A DNA stretch of 64,000 nt, from NCBI GenBank assembly GCA_013239625.1, contig MU055744.1:1208355-1272354 (forward strand), read 5' to 3'. A program made the position numbers and the translations under genes. This document shows positions 36,101 through 49,416 of the stretch, piece by piece. Each line of letters starts with the position of its first letter. Positions within the stretch are counted from its first letter, which is position 1. A model generated the notes under the pieces. The model saw nothing but the letters and a program-made list of their open reading frames with translations, had not been told where the DNA came from and ran no database searches. Source of the DNA: Lama guanicoe. Taxonomy: Eukaryota.

Positions 36101-39100
36101 GGTTAGTGTGGGGCGTGATTCCCGACCCCTCCTCCCCTGGTCCTTCCGTTCTCATCGTGTTACCAGCTTTGCCTTCAAAGTCCATAGTTTCTGCAAAAGG
36201 TTATAAAGATGTAACCAGGGGCGGGCACGCTGGATCCCAGCTCTCCGGGGACCTGCAGACCCCCGTGCGCGGCTCATCTCCAGGCGAACACCACGGCCTT
36301 TGCAGAGACCCAGCAAAGCCGCCTCAAACCCCAGAAGACTTGGGTGTTGTTTCTAAGTGGTTTATGCCTGTGGAAAGAGTGGTTTTTCTTCAAAAGGGCA
36401 TCGCCTCGGACGGCTTTCTTTGGGACTGCTTTATTGCTGTTGATCTGGTAAAGGTTTAATCAGGAAACGAGCGCGCAGCTGGTTCTGTGGAGGGTGAACG
36501 CAGCCTGCTTGGTTTTTGATTTTGGGGTGCTGGCCACACGTGAGCCACCTCTCTGGGGCCTCCTCTTCCCAGGCCTGAGCTTGAGTGGTGCCTGAGCCAG
36601 GAGTGAGCCCAGGGGTGTCAGAGGGTGGTCCAGGGGCCTCTGCCTGACTCCACGTAGGTGTCAGCGAGGAGTAGGTCCTCTCTTGGGCACCCACTCCGTT
36701 TCTGAGGGTCACCAGGGTCTGTGACGGGAGGCTGCATGCAGCAGGAGGTTTGGACGTCGTCTGTGGCTGTCCCCGTTGAGGGCTGCCTGCACAGATGCAG
36801 CGTCATCCAGGGCCCCGGGCTGACCCCGTGGGTGGGGACCCTGGAGGGTCTGGGGCGCCCCCGGCAGCACGCTTCCCCCTCCGCGGGCCTGGTGTGGGCG
36901 GTGCCGGTACACATGTGTATTCCAGGCTGGCGGGTCTGTGTACACCCGGAGGAGAACGCCCTGTGCTCAGCTGTGCACACCCCGCTCTAGTTACGGAACT
37001 GGGCGGGGCCTGCCGGCGGAACCTGCTTGTCCCGCGTCCCCACACCTCTGCAGTCACCTGTCCTGGAGCCCTACAATCAGGCTGTGTCCGAGTCTGTTGG
37101 GCAGTCTTCCTGCTGAGACATGAAGTCGTGCTGCGCACCTGCAGGCGCCTCCCGCATAGGGTGACGTGACATTCATACACCCTCGTGAACAGGAGTGACG
37201 CCAGCTCCCGTGACTGGACATGTCTCCCAGGCCACGTCTGAGGCAGGGCCCCTCCCTTAGCAGCCTGCCCCACCGAGGCGGGGGCTGTGCTGTCCCGGCC
37301 CGTCCAGGGCGCCTCACCCCTACCCGCCCGCCCTCGGCTCTGACCAGTGGCGTCTCCTGGTCTTCCGGTGAGTCCCGGCTGCAGACTCTGCTGTGGGTTC
37401 GCGTCCCTGATTGGTCATTAATTAATACTCAGGGAAGAAATGCTGTTTTCACTGAGCCTCTGGGTGCTGGGACCTGATGACTCCTGTTTCAAGGGAAGGG
37501 AGCCCCGCTTGCCCGTGTCCCCCTGGGGTCTGCCATGCATTTCGGGAAGGAGCCAGCCCTCTGTGTGCAGCCCAGGTCCTACCACATTCCCTTCACCCTC
37601 GCAGCCCTCGAAGGGCCATTGCTGCAAGAATTAAGTATTTTCTCCTGTAAATAATTCACAGGATTCTCATGGGTGAAAACAATCAGCCCCTAAACTAAAA
37701 GTTACCGTCGTTAAAGCCGCACACGGCGACACCCATTACTGACTGCAGGTGAACCGAGGCCTGCAGAAGCAGGGTCTGGGGCACAGGCAGGCTCAGGATG
37801 ACAGGCAGGGACCCCGAGGTGCAGGGAAGTCCGGACGTGGGAGTCCAGACTCCCAGCGTAACAGGGAAGATAATTTCAGCGAAATAAAACTGAAAGGTGA
37901 AGCCAACAAAACCCCACATCAAACTTTGATCTCTAGAAACCGTTCAAGGAATTAACTCCTGGAGCAGAGCTCCTGTCGAATGGCGTGTCCAGGTTCCTCT
38001 GTGTTGATAGAGTCATCTCTGAGGTGTGGGTGTTCCCAGTGTAGAGCCCGGCTGGAGCCTTGCAGGCGGGCGCAGGCCTCCCCGGCTGTGCTCAGAGGCG
38101 GAGCTGGGAGGGAGGGTCTGGGCAGGCGTCCCTGGGCAGCGTGACCTGCGGGCCACCTGGGCAGTGGGGGACGGAGCCCCTCTCTGCAGAGGAGTCCCAC
38201 CCCTGTGCCAAGGGGAGCGGGTGGTTCCTGCGTCTTCATCCCTGTCTTTATGCCCGGCCGCGTGTTCTGGAACCTCTGCTGCTGGGGCCCGTGAGGGTCA
38301 GAGAGGGGAGCGGGTGGGCAGAGGTGGGGCTGGGTGTCTCCCCTGTGGTCTGCCTGCTCCCCCGACTCTCTGGGCCAGCTTATTTTGCTGCATCTGTGCC
38401 CAGCCTCTGGCTTCCAGGAGGCCACCTGGGTGGGGACGATGGTGACCGAGGGCCATTAGGAGGGGGTGTCCCGGGACGGAGCTGTCAGGAGATGGGGGAC
38501 GATCAATGCTAGGGGTCTGCGTGGGCCTGTGGGACGAGGAGTCAGGCTGGGGGTCTTCTGGGGGGTGCCCTTTCCCCGCTCCAGGCCTAGGGCCGGGTGC
38601 AGCGTGAGGGGTGGCTCTGCTCCGGGCGACCTCTGGGGGTCCGAGGCTGCCCTTCCGCGCCCCTTCAGACTTGCTGGTTCACAGCGTGCCAATTCCCACG
38701 TGGCTTTCAGTGGCCCAGACCACTTGAGTATGGTTTGTGCTTGTTTCTTAAAGAGCGAGGTGCTACTGGCCGCGCCATCCCCCGGGCTGGCCGGTGGGGC
38801 TGGAAGTGGGGGATGAAACCGGCCGCCGCTGTGCGTGCCGTGGGAACCAGAGGTCAGCCGCTGGGCCCTGCCGGGCCCTCCCGGCCAGTGTTCTCCCGGG
38901 CAGCCCTGCTCCGTGTCGGGAAGGAGGGTGGGTGGCTGTTGCTGGCCCTCGAGCAGGAGCAGGAGCTGGAGCCATGCTGCTCCTGCCGGAGTGTGAGGCC
39001 TGGGGAAGGGGCCAGGCACACACCCGCTTGGTGCCCCAGGTGTCCTGAGTCGTGACCAGAGCAGAGGGGGTTTCCAGGCCTTTCGTGGGGTCTGCAGCTC

Positions 39101-40261
39101 CAGACACCAGTGTTCCTCGACCCTGGTTCTCATCATGGGGCCTGGCCCGCCTCTGGGTGCCAGGCTGTTAGACAGAGAGCCAGGCTCCCCACTGAAGAGC
39201 TGCATTCTCCCTCCGCTGCTCTTGGCTCCTCGGTCGCACGCTGACCCCCAGTTTCACTGGGGGCTCCACACTGTGGTCCGGGGCCCAGCCTGCCTGAGCT
39301 GAGGACAGGGAGGGGCATGCGGGCACGGCTGCCGCGGGGGCGCAGCTGGATTAGAGATGTCTGCCGAGGCGTGGGTGATGGAGGGGGCGCTCTCCGCTTC
39401 TCTGCCTTCCCTGGTGGAAGGGAAGGCCGTCGGCCTTGGAGCCTGCCCTGGGGTACCCAGCCGTGTGACCTCCTTCCTTCCTCTGAGCGCCTGCCTCTCA
39501 GATTCCTCCAAGTCCAGCCCAAGCTCCCGCCTTGGACGACCTCCCCTGCTCGGTGTGGCCGGCTCCGCTTCTGCCCTGTTGGTGCCGGCCCTGAGGGGCC
39601 TTCATTCCCTGGTCTGGCACACAGGGGGCACCTGAAGGGCCCGTCTTCCCAAGGGAGCTGCTGCTCCCCTCTGATCTCCTGCACCTGGGACCCCTTCTCC
39701 TCAGGTCTGGGACCCCTTTGCTGAACAGAGGGTGTTGAGAAGCACCAAGGCCCGGGCTGGCAGGACATCTGATGTAAACTGTCCAGAGAGAGGAAGGAGG
39801 CTCTCCTTCACGTAGGGCACCTCCTTTCTCTGCGCTGGTGGCGTTTGCCGGCTCCCAGCGGAGAGAAGACCTAAGACCGTCAGCCCCCCGTGTCGGACGG
39901 GTACTGGATTTCCTGGTGGAGGTGGTAACTGGCGGTGCTGCTCAGTGGAGGCAGGTTCAGGGCGAAGCCTCGTGGAGCGATTCTCCGGGTTGGAGGTCCT
40001 TTGACCAAGGCTCAGGGTGAGCCTCTGGGTGAGCAGCGCCCCGGCCGCCTCGGCCTTTGTCTGGGGGTGGGGGCCTCTCCGGGGAGCGGGGGCGGCGGGG
40101 AAGTAGGTCTCGAGTCTCTCGTGGTTTAGAATTGAAACTGGGAGGTGGTGGAAGTCCCCTCAGATCAGACCTTCTTGGGCCTGAGCAGCCCCAGGGAAGG
40201 GCCAGGGCAAAGGAGGTGCCTCGGAGTGAGGCCCAGAGGCGGGGACCGGGCTCCCCTGAGC

Positions 40262-40688
40262 ATCCTGTCCTGGCGAAGTGCTGTAGACCGGGGGCTCACA
40301 CAGCAGAATCTGTTCTCCCAGTTCTGGACGGCGGCGGTCAGGGATCCAGGTGTGGGCGGGGCTGCGCTCACCCTGGGGGCTCCGGGGAGGGCCCTCCTGC
40401 CTCTCCCAGCTTTCGGGGCCCCCGCGGCCCCCTCGCTTGTCCCAGGGCAGACTGCCCTCGTCTCAGGCGGCTCCACCTCCGTGTGCGCCTCTCCTCGCCT
40501 GTCTGGAGAAAGGACACTGTTCGCTGGGTGTTGGGCCCAGCCTGATCCCGGGTGTTTTCCTCTCGAGGTCTTTACCTCAGTTACACCTGACCTTATTCCA
40601 AATAAGGTCAGACCGTGCAGTTCTGGGGGTGAGGACAGGGATATGTCTTTGATTTTGGGAGGGAGGGAACCTAGGTCCACCCACTGCA
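40262..40688 (-). mobile_element. MaLR LTR (MLT1A/B-like)
   Basis: CAGCAGAATCTGTTCTCCCAGTTCTGGA, CCTGCCTCTCCCAGCTT and CTTATTCCAAATAAGGTCAGA; homologous to the 10865-11218 copy. Confidence 0.8.
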
Positions 40689-41164
40689 CCCTGCTTCCTC
40701 TTTCTCCTATGCACACGTTGACTGGGTACTTGGTGCCTCGGAGTCCTGGGCTCCTGGTGGGGAGGGGTGCAGGGTTCAGGGGCCTTACTGAATGGCTGGG
40801 CTAGGGGCCAGAGTGTCGGAGAGGTGCGGACTGAGAGGTGGGTGCCCCCGGGAAGGGAGGGGGCTGGCAGGTGTCTGGGAGGAGGTGGTGTGTTGGCTGG
40901 GCCAAGTCAGATGGGCCCAAGGTCAATGAGGTTGGTCTGGGAGAAGCGTGGGGCTGGGGGGCCCTTGTGGTCTGCAGCTGGTCGGCTGCACTCAGTTCTC
41001 ACCCCTTTGAACCGCTCTGCTGCCTTCTCACTTCCCTCCGCAGCCCCCGCCCCCTTCTCCGGAAAATAACCCCTGGGGTGGGGGTGGGGCAGGCTGGCAG
41101 GTGGTGGGCACCTTGCTGACCCATCCTGGGAGCTTCGGTTTAATGTTTAACTAAGGGTCTCTCC

Positions 41165-41533
41165 CGTGGTGGGTGGGCAAGGGGTGGGTGATGGTTGGAT
41201 GGGTGCATGAAGGTGGGGGATGGATGGTTGGATGGATGGTTGGATTGTTGGATGGATGAAGGTGGGAGATGGGTGGATGGTTGGATGGATGAAGGTGGGG
41301 GATGGATGGTTGGATGGATGAAGGTGGGGATGGATGGGTGGATGGTTAGATGGTTGGATGTTTGGGTGGATGGATGAAGGTGGGGGATGGTTGGATGGAT
41401 GAAGGGGGATGGATGGATGGATGTTGGATGGATGAAAGTGGGGGGTGGATGGATGGATGAAGGGGGATGGATGGATGGATGTTGGATGGATGAAGGTGGG
41501 GGATGGATGGATGGATGAAGGTGGGAGACGGAT
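41165..41533. repeat. (GGAT)n-derived compound micro/minisatellite
   Basis: GGAT/GGTT runs with a recurrent GGATGGATGAAGGTGGGGG higher-order unit; runs into the gap. Confidence 0.95.
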
Positions 41534-41729
41534 NNNNNNNNNNNNNNNNNNNNNNNNNNNNNNNNNNNNNNNNNNNNNNNNNNNNNNNNNNNNNNNNNNN
41601 NNNNNNNNNNNNNNNNNNNNNNNNNNNNNNNNNNNNNNNNNNNNNNNNNNNNNNNNNNNNNNNNNNNNNNNNNNNNNNNNNNNNNNNNNNNNNNNNNNNN
41701 NNNNNNNNNNNNNNNNNNNNNNNNNNNNN
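41534..41729. other. Assembly gap (196 N)
   Basis: Run of N adjacent to the tandem repeat. Confidence 0.99.
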
Positions 41730-42299
41730 CAGGGCTTTGGTCCTCCTTGGCTCAGCCATCTCCCTTTGGTGGTGGCCATCCGGGCTGAAGGCTGTGGGTT
41801 GTGGCGATCATGTTTGGTGGCCCCACCACGATGAACCTCTAGTGGAGGTCGAGCCTTTGGCCCCAAGTGAGAGGAGCAGGGCCTCTGAGGATCAGCTCAG
41901 ACTGTCATGCAAATACAGCAGTGAAACTGTGGAAACAACCAAAATATCCAGCAGGGGGTAGGGGTGGGGACTGGGGGGCACGGGATGTAGAAGACGGGCC
42001 GAGGAAGAGGGGCCAGGCGGGGGGGGGGCAGATTCCACGCCCCTAGCCTGGGAGCCGGTGCTCGTGTTGCCGGTGAGGAAATGCCAGGGCTCAGACTGAT
42101 GAGCTATTCCCAGCAGTCAGTTTTGTTTAAAAGAAATGCAGAGTCAAGAAGCAGAGCAGAGAAAGCCCCGGAGCAGCTAAGTGGAGCTTCAGGCTTTACG
42201 GTGGGAGCGCCTGTGGGTTTTGCTTTAGTCCACGCCCCCTCTTCTCTGGGAGACGTTTCTACTGGGAGAAAAGACAGAGCCACGTTGTTCCCTGTTAAA

Positions 42300-42790
42300 C
42301 CTGCGCAGGACCCCCGGCAGCCGGCAAGGGGGGGGCCCCTCCGTGCCCGTCTGGGCCTCAGTTCCCCACCTGCTAAGGGGGGGTATTCCAGCCCAAGAGC
42401 CCCGGAAACGCCGAGACCAGAGGGACCGGCCGCTGCCTGAGCCCTGGGCGCGCAGGCCGGGGAGCGCGCGGCGGGCGCTGAGGCCCGCCCTCCGCGTGCA
42501 CGCGGGCAGGTGGGGCCGGCGCCGGCCCCGCCCGCCCGCGCGCGGCCTCCCTGCCCGGCTGCCCCCCCCCCCGTGGGGGCGGGGGCGAGTGTGCAGCTGC
42601 GGCCGCGAATATTCCTGACCCGCGGTTCGGGGGGAGGGCCAGCTGCTCGCCTGGCGAACAATGGCGCCCCCGCCCCGCCCCGCTTGGGGGCAGCGCTGGG
42701 GGAGGGGCCGCTGGTGCTGGTGCGGCTGGGATTTCCAGAAAGCGCAGCGTCTCGCTGATCTCCGTTTTCTGACTGTCAGAAGGTGACGTC
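42300..42790. promoter_or_regulatory. Intronic (orphan) CpG island, candidate enhancer or alternative promoter
   Basis: Dense CpG/CGCG, GC boxes, two CAGCTG E-boxes and AACAATGG (SOX-type) at 42657-42664; not repeat-derived as far as can be seen. Confidence 0.7.
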
Positions 42791-43229
42791 CTCAGACACT
42801 CGCTGGCTGCGGCCTGTTTTTAATCCGTGCCCGGGTCGCACTCCTCCCCAAGCCCCATCCACGGCGGAGGAATCTTTTTGAGGAGTCTTGAAAGTAACAC
42901 CTACTCACTGGAAAAATGGAGAGAAGAAACACCTTAGAAGGAGGAAGTTCCCTGGACTCCTGCCCCGCGAAGGCCTGTCCCTGCCGCTGCGAGGCCCCCA
43001 GACCCCCTGTGTCCATCCGGGGCTGCATTTGTTCCTCTTCCCAGGGGAGCCGGAGACCCTCCCGTGCGACGGGAGGCTGTGGGTGGTGGGCACAGGGGCA
43101 GGGAAGGCTGGGGACGGGGTGGGGGGGTGGGCACAGGGGCGGCCCAAAGGAATCACCTGGTCCATGCTGGGGGGGGCCCATGCTGGTAGCCCTTTGCAGC
43201 GTGCGGCCCCGCAGCACCAAGAACGTGCA

Positions 43230-44500
43230 CACTGCTGTGTGGTCATCACCACCGTCCCTGCCGTGGCTCTCTTCATCCTGTAAAACTGAAGCTCTGCCCC
43301 TGAAACAACTTCCCATTCCCCTCCCCCACCCCCAGCAGCCACCCGCTGCCATCTGTCTGTAGGGTTTTGACTCCTCTGGGGACCCCATATAAGTGGACTC
43401 TTACAAGATTTGTCTCTTGGTGACCGGCTTCTTGCACTGAGAACTACATCCTTAGGTCCACCCTGTAGCGTGTGTCAGGAGGGGCTTCCTTTTTAAGGCT
43501 GAGTAATAGTCCCTTGTAGGGCTAGACCACGTTTTATTTATCCACTTAACTGTTTTTTTTTTATTGTTAAAAAATTTTTGTCATTGAAGTACAGTCAGTC
43601 TGCAATGTTGTGTCAATTTCTGGTGGACAGCATGGTGTTTCAGTCATCACGTACATACATATATTTGTTTACATATTCTTTTTCATTATAGGTTACTACA
43701 AGATACTGAATATAGTTCCCTATGCTGTGCAGAGGAAAATTTTTCTTTATTTGTTTTATGTATAGTTGTTAGTATTTGCAAATTTCAAACTCCTAATTTA
43801 TCCCTTCCCACCCCCTTTGCCCTCTGGTGACTATAAGACTGTTTACTATGTCTGAATCTGTTTCTCTTTTGTAGATGAGTTCATTAGTGTCTTCTTTTTT
43901 CTCTTTTTCTTTTTTCAGATTCCTCATATAAGTGATACTGTATAGTATTTTTCTTTCTCCTTCTGGCTTACTTCACTTAGAATGACGATCTCCAGGTCCA
44001 TCCATGTTGCTGCAAATGGCATTATTTTGTTCTTTTTTATGGCTGAGTAGTATTCCATTGTATAAATACACTGCATCTTCTTTATCCAGTCATCTGTCGA
44101 TGGACGTTTAGGTTGCTTCTATGTGTTGGCTGTTGTATAGAGTGCTGCTGGGAACACTGGCATGCATGTGTCTTTTTGAATTTGATACCCACCTACCTGT
44201 TGATAGATGGGTTGCTTCNNNNNNNNNNNNNNNNNNNNNNNNNNNNNNNNNNNNNNNNNNNNNNNNNNNNNNNNNNNNNNNNNNNNNNNNNNNNNNNNNN
44301 NNNNNNNNNNNNNNNNNNNNNNNNNNNNNNNNNNNNNNNNNNNNNNNNNNNNNNNNNNNNNNNNNNNNNNNNNNNNNNNNGTTTTCCACTACGGCTGCAG
44401 CATTTTACATTCCTGCCAACAGTGCACGAGGTCCCAGTGTGTCTGCACCCTCACCAGCACTTGTTTTCTGTTTTGTTGACGGTTGCTACTCTAATGTGTG
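43230..44500 (-). mobile_element. L1 composite: old L1MB 3' end (about 43230-43550) followed by a younger L1 3' end (about 43555-44500)
   Basis: T-rich tail; TTCTGGCTTACTTCACTTAGAATGACGATCTCCAGGTCCATCCATGTTGCTGCAAATGGCATT; TTTTACATTCCTGCCAACAGTGCACGAGG. Confidence 0.92.
44219..44380. other. Assembly gap (162 N)
   Basis: Run of N inside the L1. Confidence 0.99.
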
Positions 44501-46959
44501 TGGGGTTGTATCTCACTCAGACCAGCACTAAGCTGTGGGACCCCCTCCCTCCCCACTCTCCCATGACCTTGTGAGGAGGTCAGCCTCCTCGGAGCTACCA
44601 TTCAGGTAGGCTCTGAGAGGGGCAGCCCTGTCCCGGGACCCCTGGTGAGCTCTGTGCCCGGCGTGGGTGTGTCCCCAGTGTCCTGCTGCCCTCCCAGGCT
44701 GACAGTGGTGACTAAGACGGGACAGGAGAGGCCCAGAGAGGGTGAGGTGAGGCTGGATTCCAGAGAGTTCTGTGGTGCATTGTGCCCCGTTGGAGAGTGG
44801 AGGCCTCTCGTGGCTCGAGGCCGGGCTGGCCTCCCTGAGCCCGAGGTCAGTGGCAGTTGGATCTACTTGGGAACAACAGTTTCTTCCCCACGTGAACAGA
44901 GGAGCGAGTTCAGAGGAGCGAGTTTGGGAGCCACGCCGGAGACTTGCTATGTCAAGGGCACCGTGTGCAGCGGAGGCCCCGGGGGGCGAGGAGGCAGGGA
45001 GCCTGGTGCTAGCATTGGAGCCAGACCCTCACCTCGGCTTCTTCATGGAGGGCCTGGCCCTGCGGGCCCCCGGAAGCTGGGCTGAGAAAGATGCCTGAGT
45101 CTTTGGGGCATGTGTAGTGTGCATTTGGCTGAAGGATTGTGACCGAAGGGGCAGGGACTCCGGCAGGTTGTAGACGCAGGGCCTGGACGTCGCTCCCGGG
45201 AGGGCCCGCCTCTTCCCGGCAGGCCACGCCTGGCAGGCGTCCTGGCCTCCGTGCTCCTGGCCCGGCGGCGTGTCTGCTTCCCATCCCGTGGGTGTCCTCT
45301 GGGGCCATGGGAGGGGCAAGTAAGTGCCTTCTGTCCTCTCCTAGCTAAGCTTACGTGTGAGGCACACACGGCAGTCTGCTGAAAATAAAGTCCAGTTAAA
45401 AACAGGAAAAACGTGCTTACATTTTACCCTCAACTTGCCTGGACATCAGAACCGTTGCCTTCAGTCCACGTCCACCTGCAGACATTTCTGTGCTTGGCCT
45501 CATTCCTCACGATGCAGGCACAGACCCCATCGCCCTGCGAGGCTGGTGTGGGAGTGGATGAGCGGGGGGCGCAGGAAGCCCGCCTTCCATTCCTGGGTGG
45601 GGAGCAGTCCCATCCCCGCTGGAGTTTCCCAGGGATGTGCCTGATATTGGCCCAGATTTCACTGAGCACCTACTACGTGCTGCTCCTGCCCTGGACACTT
45701 TGGGTTCTTTCCAGCACCTCGGGAGAGATGCTTCTTGAAACTCCCTGTGGCACCTGCAGAGAGCGGGGCAGCGGGGGAGCATCGCCTGCTTTGGCTGTTG
45801 CGTGGACACTGTTCCCTGTTGGGCCTTGCTGGCCAGCCCTGGGGTGACCCCCTCCATCCCCGCTCGGTGACAGCTGATTCAGCAGCCTTGGTGGGGACGG
45901 CAGGCCCTCAGCAGGTGGCCCGTGGACGAACGGACCTTGGCTGTGGTGTGTGTCTCTGTCATGCTGCTTCTCAGAGCTGCTGGGAGCCGTGGGGATGATA
46001 ACGGAACGTGACATCTTGTCCTCTCTTCTCGCAGTGATGTGTGCTGACTTCTGAGCGCCCAGTGTGGGCCTTGAATGACAGTTCCTGCAGCATTTGTGGC
46101 ACCTTGGAGAAGGATGTGCGTCTCTGGTGTCCGTGACGGGTGATGAGACCTTAAACATGCCGCCTGTACCGCGCTGGTTTCCCGCACGTGGGAGGCCACT
46201 TGCGTGTGAGGGGATCTCGGCTGCCTCTGGGTGCTGGTTCCAGCCCCTGGCTGAGCAGGGGCGTGGCTCACTGAGCAGGGTCCTCCTCCTGGGGTGGCCG
46301 GTGTTGGTTCCCTGCTTTTGGGGTGTTCAAGCCAGGCACCTTCCCAAAGAAGACTGGGAGGCAGCCGTGGACAGGCAGGTCTGGGGGCCTGAGACGGGCG
46401 GTCAGCCTAGAGCTGGGGTCATGGTGGGCGGAGCACCCAAGGACGGTGTGGCCAGGGGAGGTGTCAGGTTGTGAACCCAGATGTCTCCGCCTGAAAGCTG
46501 TCTGGGTCTGCTGAGCCCCCCACCCCAATCTGGGGTCCAAAGCTGGAGCCAGGTCCCATGATGTCCAGAGCAGGGGCGGCAAGGGGGCGGGGGTGGGGCC
46601 CAGCACGGCGCTTCCTGACTTTGCTACCTGGCTGGATTCTCTCTGGGGCCCTGGCCCTGCAAGTAGGTTGGCCCTGGGGGTCAAAACCACAGTTGCTGAG
46701 GGCCCCAGGGTGCCAGGTCTGGGGTCTGGGGCCCCCCGCTGAGTAGGGCCACGGGGAAACCTGTAAGCAGCAGGAATGGCAGGTGGGAGAAACCAGGGGT
46801 TTTGCCTCAGTTTCTCATTGGAACCCTCTTTATTCGTCTGTTCATCAGCCATCCGTCCACTGCCTAGACCTCTGATGAGGGCCTGCGGGTGGGACATTGC
46901 CTGTAGTGTTGAGGTCGTGGAACGAATGGTTCAGGGCTTCCGGGCACCTCCCACCGGCC

Positions 46960-47355
46960 AGAACCTCGGGCTGCTGGGACGGGACCCCAGGCCACATGCT
47001 GCCGTCCACAGGAGTTCCTTCCCGCCCGGTTCTGGGGGCCAGACGTCCGGATTCAGGTGCCGCCGGGATCTCTCAGGACACTCCAGGGGTGGCGGGTCCT
47101 TCCGCCTCTCCTAGCTCCAGGTGGCCCGGGTGTTCCTGGGCTGTGGCTGCATCACCCTGACTGCTCCATCCTCCAGCCCCTCCTCTCTCTGCACCTCTCC
47201 TCTGTGTGCCTCTTAGAAGGACCCACTGGGTGGTCTCATCTCGAGATCCTTAATTACGTCTGTTAAGACCCTTTTCCCTAATAAGGTCATAGTCACACGC
47301 TCTGGGGGTCAGGGCATGGCATCTTCTTGGGGACTGCCTTTCAAGCCACTGCACT
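46960..47355 (-). mobile_element. MaLR LTR (MLT1-type)
   Basis: TCTCATCTCGAGATCCTTAATTACGTCTG...GACCCTTTTCCCTAATAAGGTCA; CCTCTCCTAGCTCCAGGTGGC. Confidence 0.8.
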
Positions 47356-49416
47356 TGGCAAACAACTTCTTCAAGCCTCAACCTCTTTACCTGTAAAAGG
47401 GGACAGTTCTTTACTTGGACGGTCATGTTAGTGTCTGCAGAGCTGACCTGCCTGAAGCCCCAGGGGTGCTCCCTGGCACGGGGAACAGGACTCACTGTGG
47501 TGGCGGCTCTGTTGCGCAGGTGAGGACGCTGAGGTTGGAGAGGGGAGATGGCGGGCCCATGGCCTCACAGCCCACCAGCTGCTGGGGAGGAGGTGACGCC
47601 GCCCTCCTGCGACTGGGGCTTTGTGGGCCTCCCCAGGAGGGGAGGCGGAGGGCGGGGGCGGGTGCATCTGGCAAGCCCCAGGGGCTCTCTTCCAAGTGAA
47701 AAGTCACCTGGACCCACCTCGCCTCCCACTCTGACCTTCCCCACGTGCCCACTCCTGTTTCCGAGTCCCGCGTAGAAAGGCTGCCCGCTTGGCTGCTTGT
47801 CTCAGAAGAGCTGTGACCCTCGGCTGCATGCGTGGCTGGCGTGGGGCCTCCTGCAGGGGAGGGGCCCAGCCCCCACGCGCCGTGTTCACCCGGGAAGGGC
47901 TGGGTTGGCCTTTGGTCCCAAACGTGGAGAGATGCTTGCTGTTGTCCTCTGGTTTCGGAAGCTGTCTGGTGCTTCAGCTGTTTCCCCGTCACCACTCCAG
48001 CGCAGCCGGAAGGCGTGGTGAGGAGACTGGCTCGTTAAGACCAGAGAGCCCTGGTCTGGGGCAGGCGGGCCATTAAGGCATGCATTTGGCTTTCGTTTCA
48101 GCAGGTGGGAGCAGGGGGCACTGAAACAGTGTGTTCTGTGGGGTCTCTCTGGAGCCAGATTGGGGGGGATGGGGGTGGACGAGTGTGAGGGTGGATGCTC
48201 TGATGTTGACCTTGAGGCCACTGTCAGGAAAGAGGGAGAGATGGAGAAAATGAGGTGGCAGGGACAAGGGCGATGTCACAGGGCTTGTGAGCCAGTGTTA
48301 ATGGCTTGGCTCGGGGCTTCTGGGGTGGGGAAGGGCACCCCCTCAGCCGAGCTGATCTGTCTGAGCCTCGCCTGCCCGAGGACCCGAGCAAAAGGATGGT
48401 GGAATGGAACCCTCCGGCGTTCGGAAGCTGGCTTAGCGATGTTGGTTGCACAGAGAACTACTCGAAAAGCAATTTCCTGTTGGCTTTGCAGAAACCCTCT
48501 GGTTTGACCCTGACCTTCAAGTCTTGATGAGGCGGGCCACGTTTTATCCCTCCGGCTCAAACAGGCCATTAGTTGGAGCGCTGGATCTTTTGAGGACTGC
48601 TGGGAACAATTTCCCATCCCGTACAGAGAGGAAATCATTGATTCTTTCCTCGGACAGCTGCGGGCTCAGAGGAGTTCTTGCCGTACCTCCGTCTGTGTTC
48701 TCTGAGTCTGGGACCCGGGGCAGGGCCTGGCGCACAGTAGGCACTCAGTAAGTGTCTGCTGACTGCGGACAAAGCCGAGGACGCAGCTTCCTCTGCCAGC
48801 CACCCGCTCTGCCCAGACTTCCAAGGTCATACTTCTCCAGGACTGTTTTTCTTGGTGAGTTTCCCCTCACGCGTTGATGAGGAAGTGCACTGAGATCAGG
48901 ATGGGGAGGCCTCGCCGCCGTCAGCGTCTTGGCACAGCCCTGCCTGGCTTGGCTGCCAGAGTGCCTCCCTCCTGCTGGAAGCTGGTCTCCTCACCTTTCA
49001 GAACCTGCTTCCTGTGACTCACCTGAGCCCCCTCTGCATTTTCACTGGGAAGCCCCCTCCTGGTCTCACGACGCCAGTTGTCTGGGGCTGGCGAGCAGGT
49101 GGGAGGTGCGTGGAAGGAGCTGGCTGAGCACAGCAGGGCCGCATCCCCAGAGATACCGGGTGTGCAGCAGCCTCCGCCTTCTTACAGACCAGAGGGGAGG
49201 GGAGTAGCCGGGGGCGGGGTGTGGGGAGGCCAAGGCCCCCGCCTGGTGCTCCTGGAAGGGGCCAGAAGGCATCGGAAATGGGTCAGGGCGTCCTTGTGGG
49301 AGGAGGTTCCGGGATCAGGGGTCAGAAGTCAGGAGGCTTGCTGAGGTGGACTTGTGGTCTGCCTTAGAGGGACCCCCTCTTCCAGCACGGAAGAGGCCAA
49401 GTGTGTTTTTTAAAAC

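Noticed and set aside
41165-41533. Repeat array considered as CRISPR-like or as a coding repeat (HPSIHP/MDGW ORFs)
   Set aside because: No unique spacers; it is a simple GGAT-derived satellite in a mammalian intron.
46010-46150. Strong-looking polypyrimidine/AG acceptor (TTGTCCTCTCTTCTCGCAG) as a cryptic VAV2 exon
   Set aside because: Followed immediately by an in-frame TGA, with no convincing paired donor; such sites are common in long introns.
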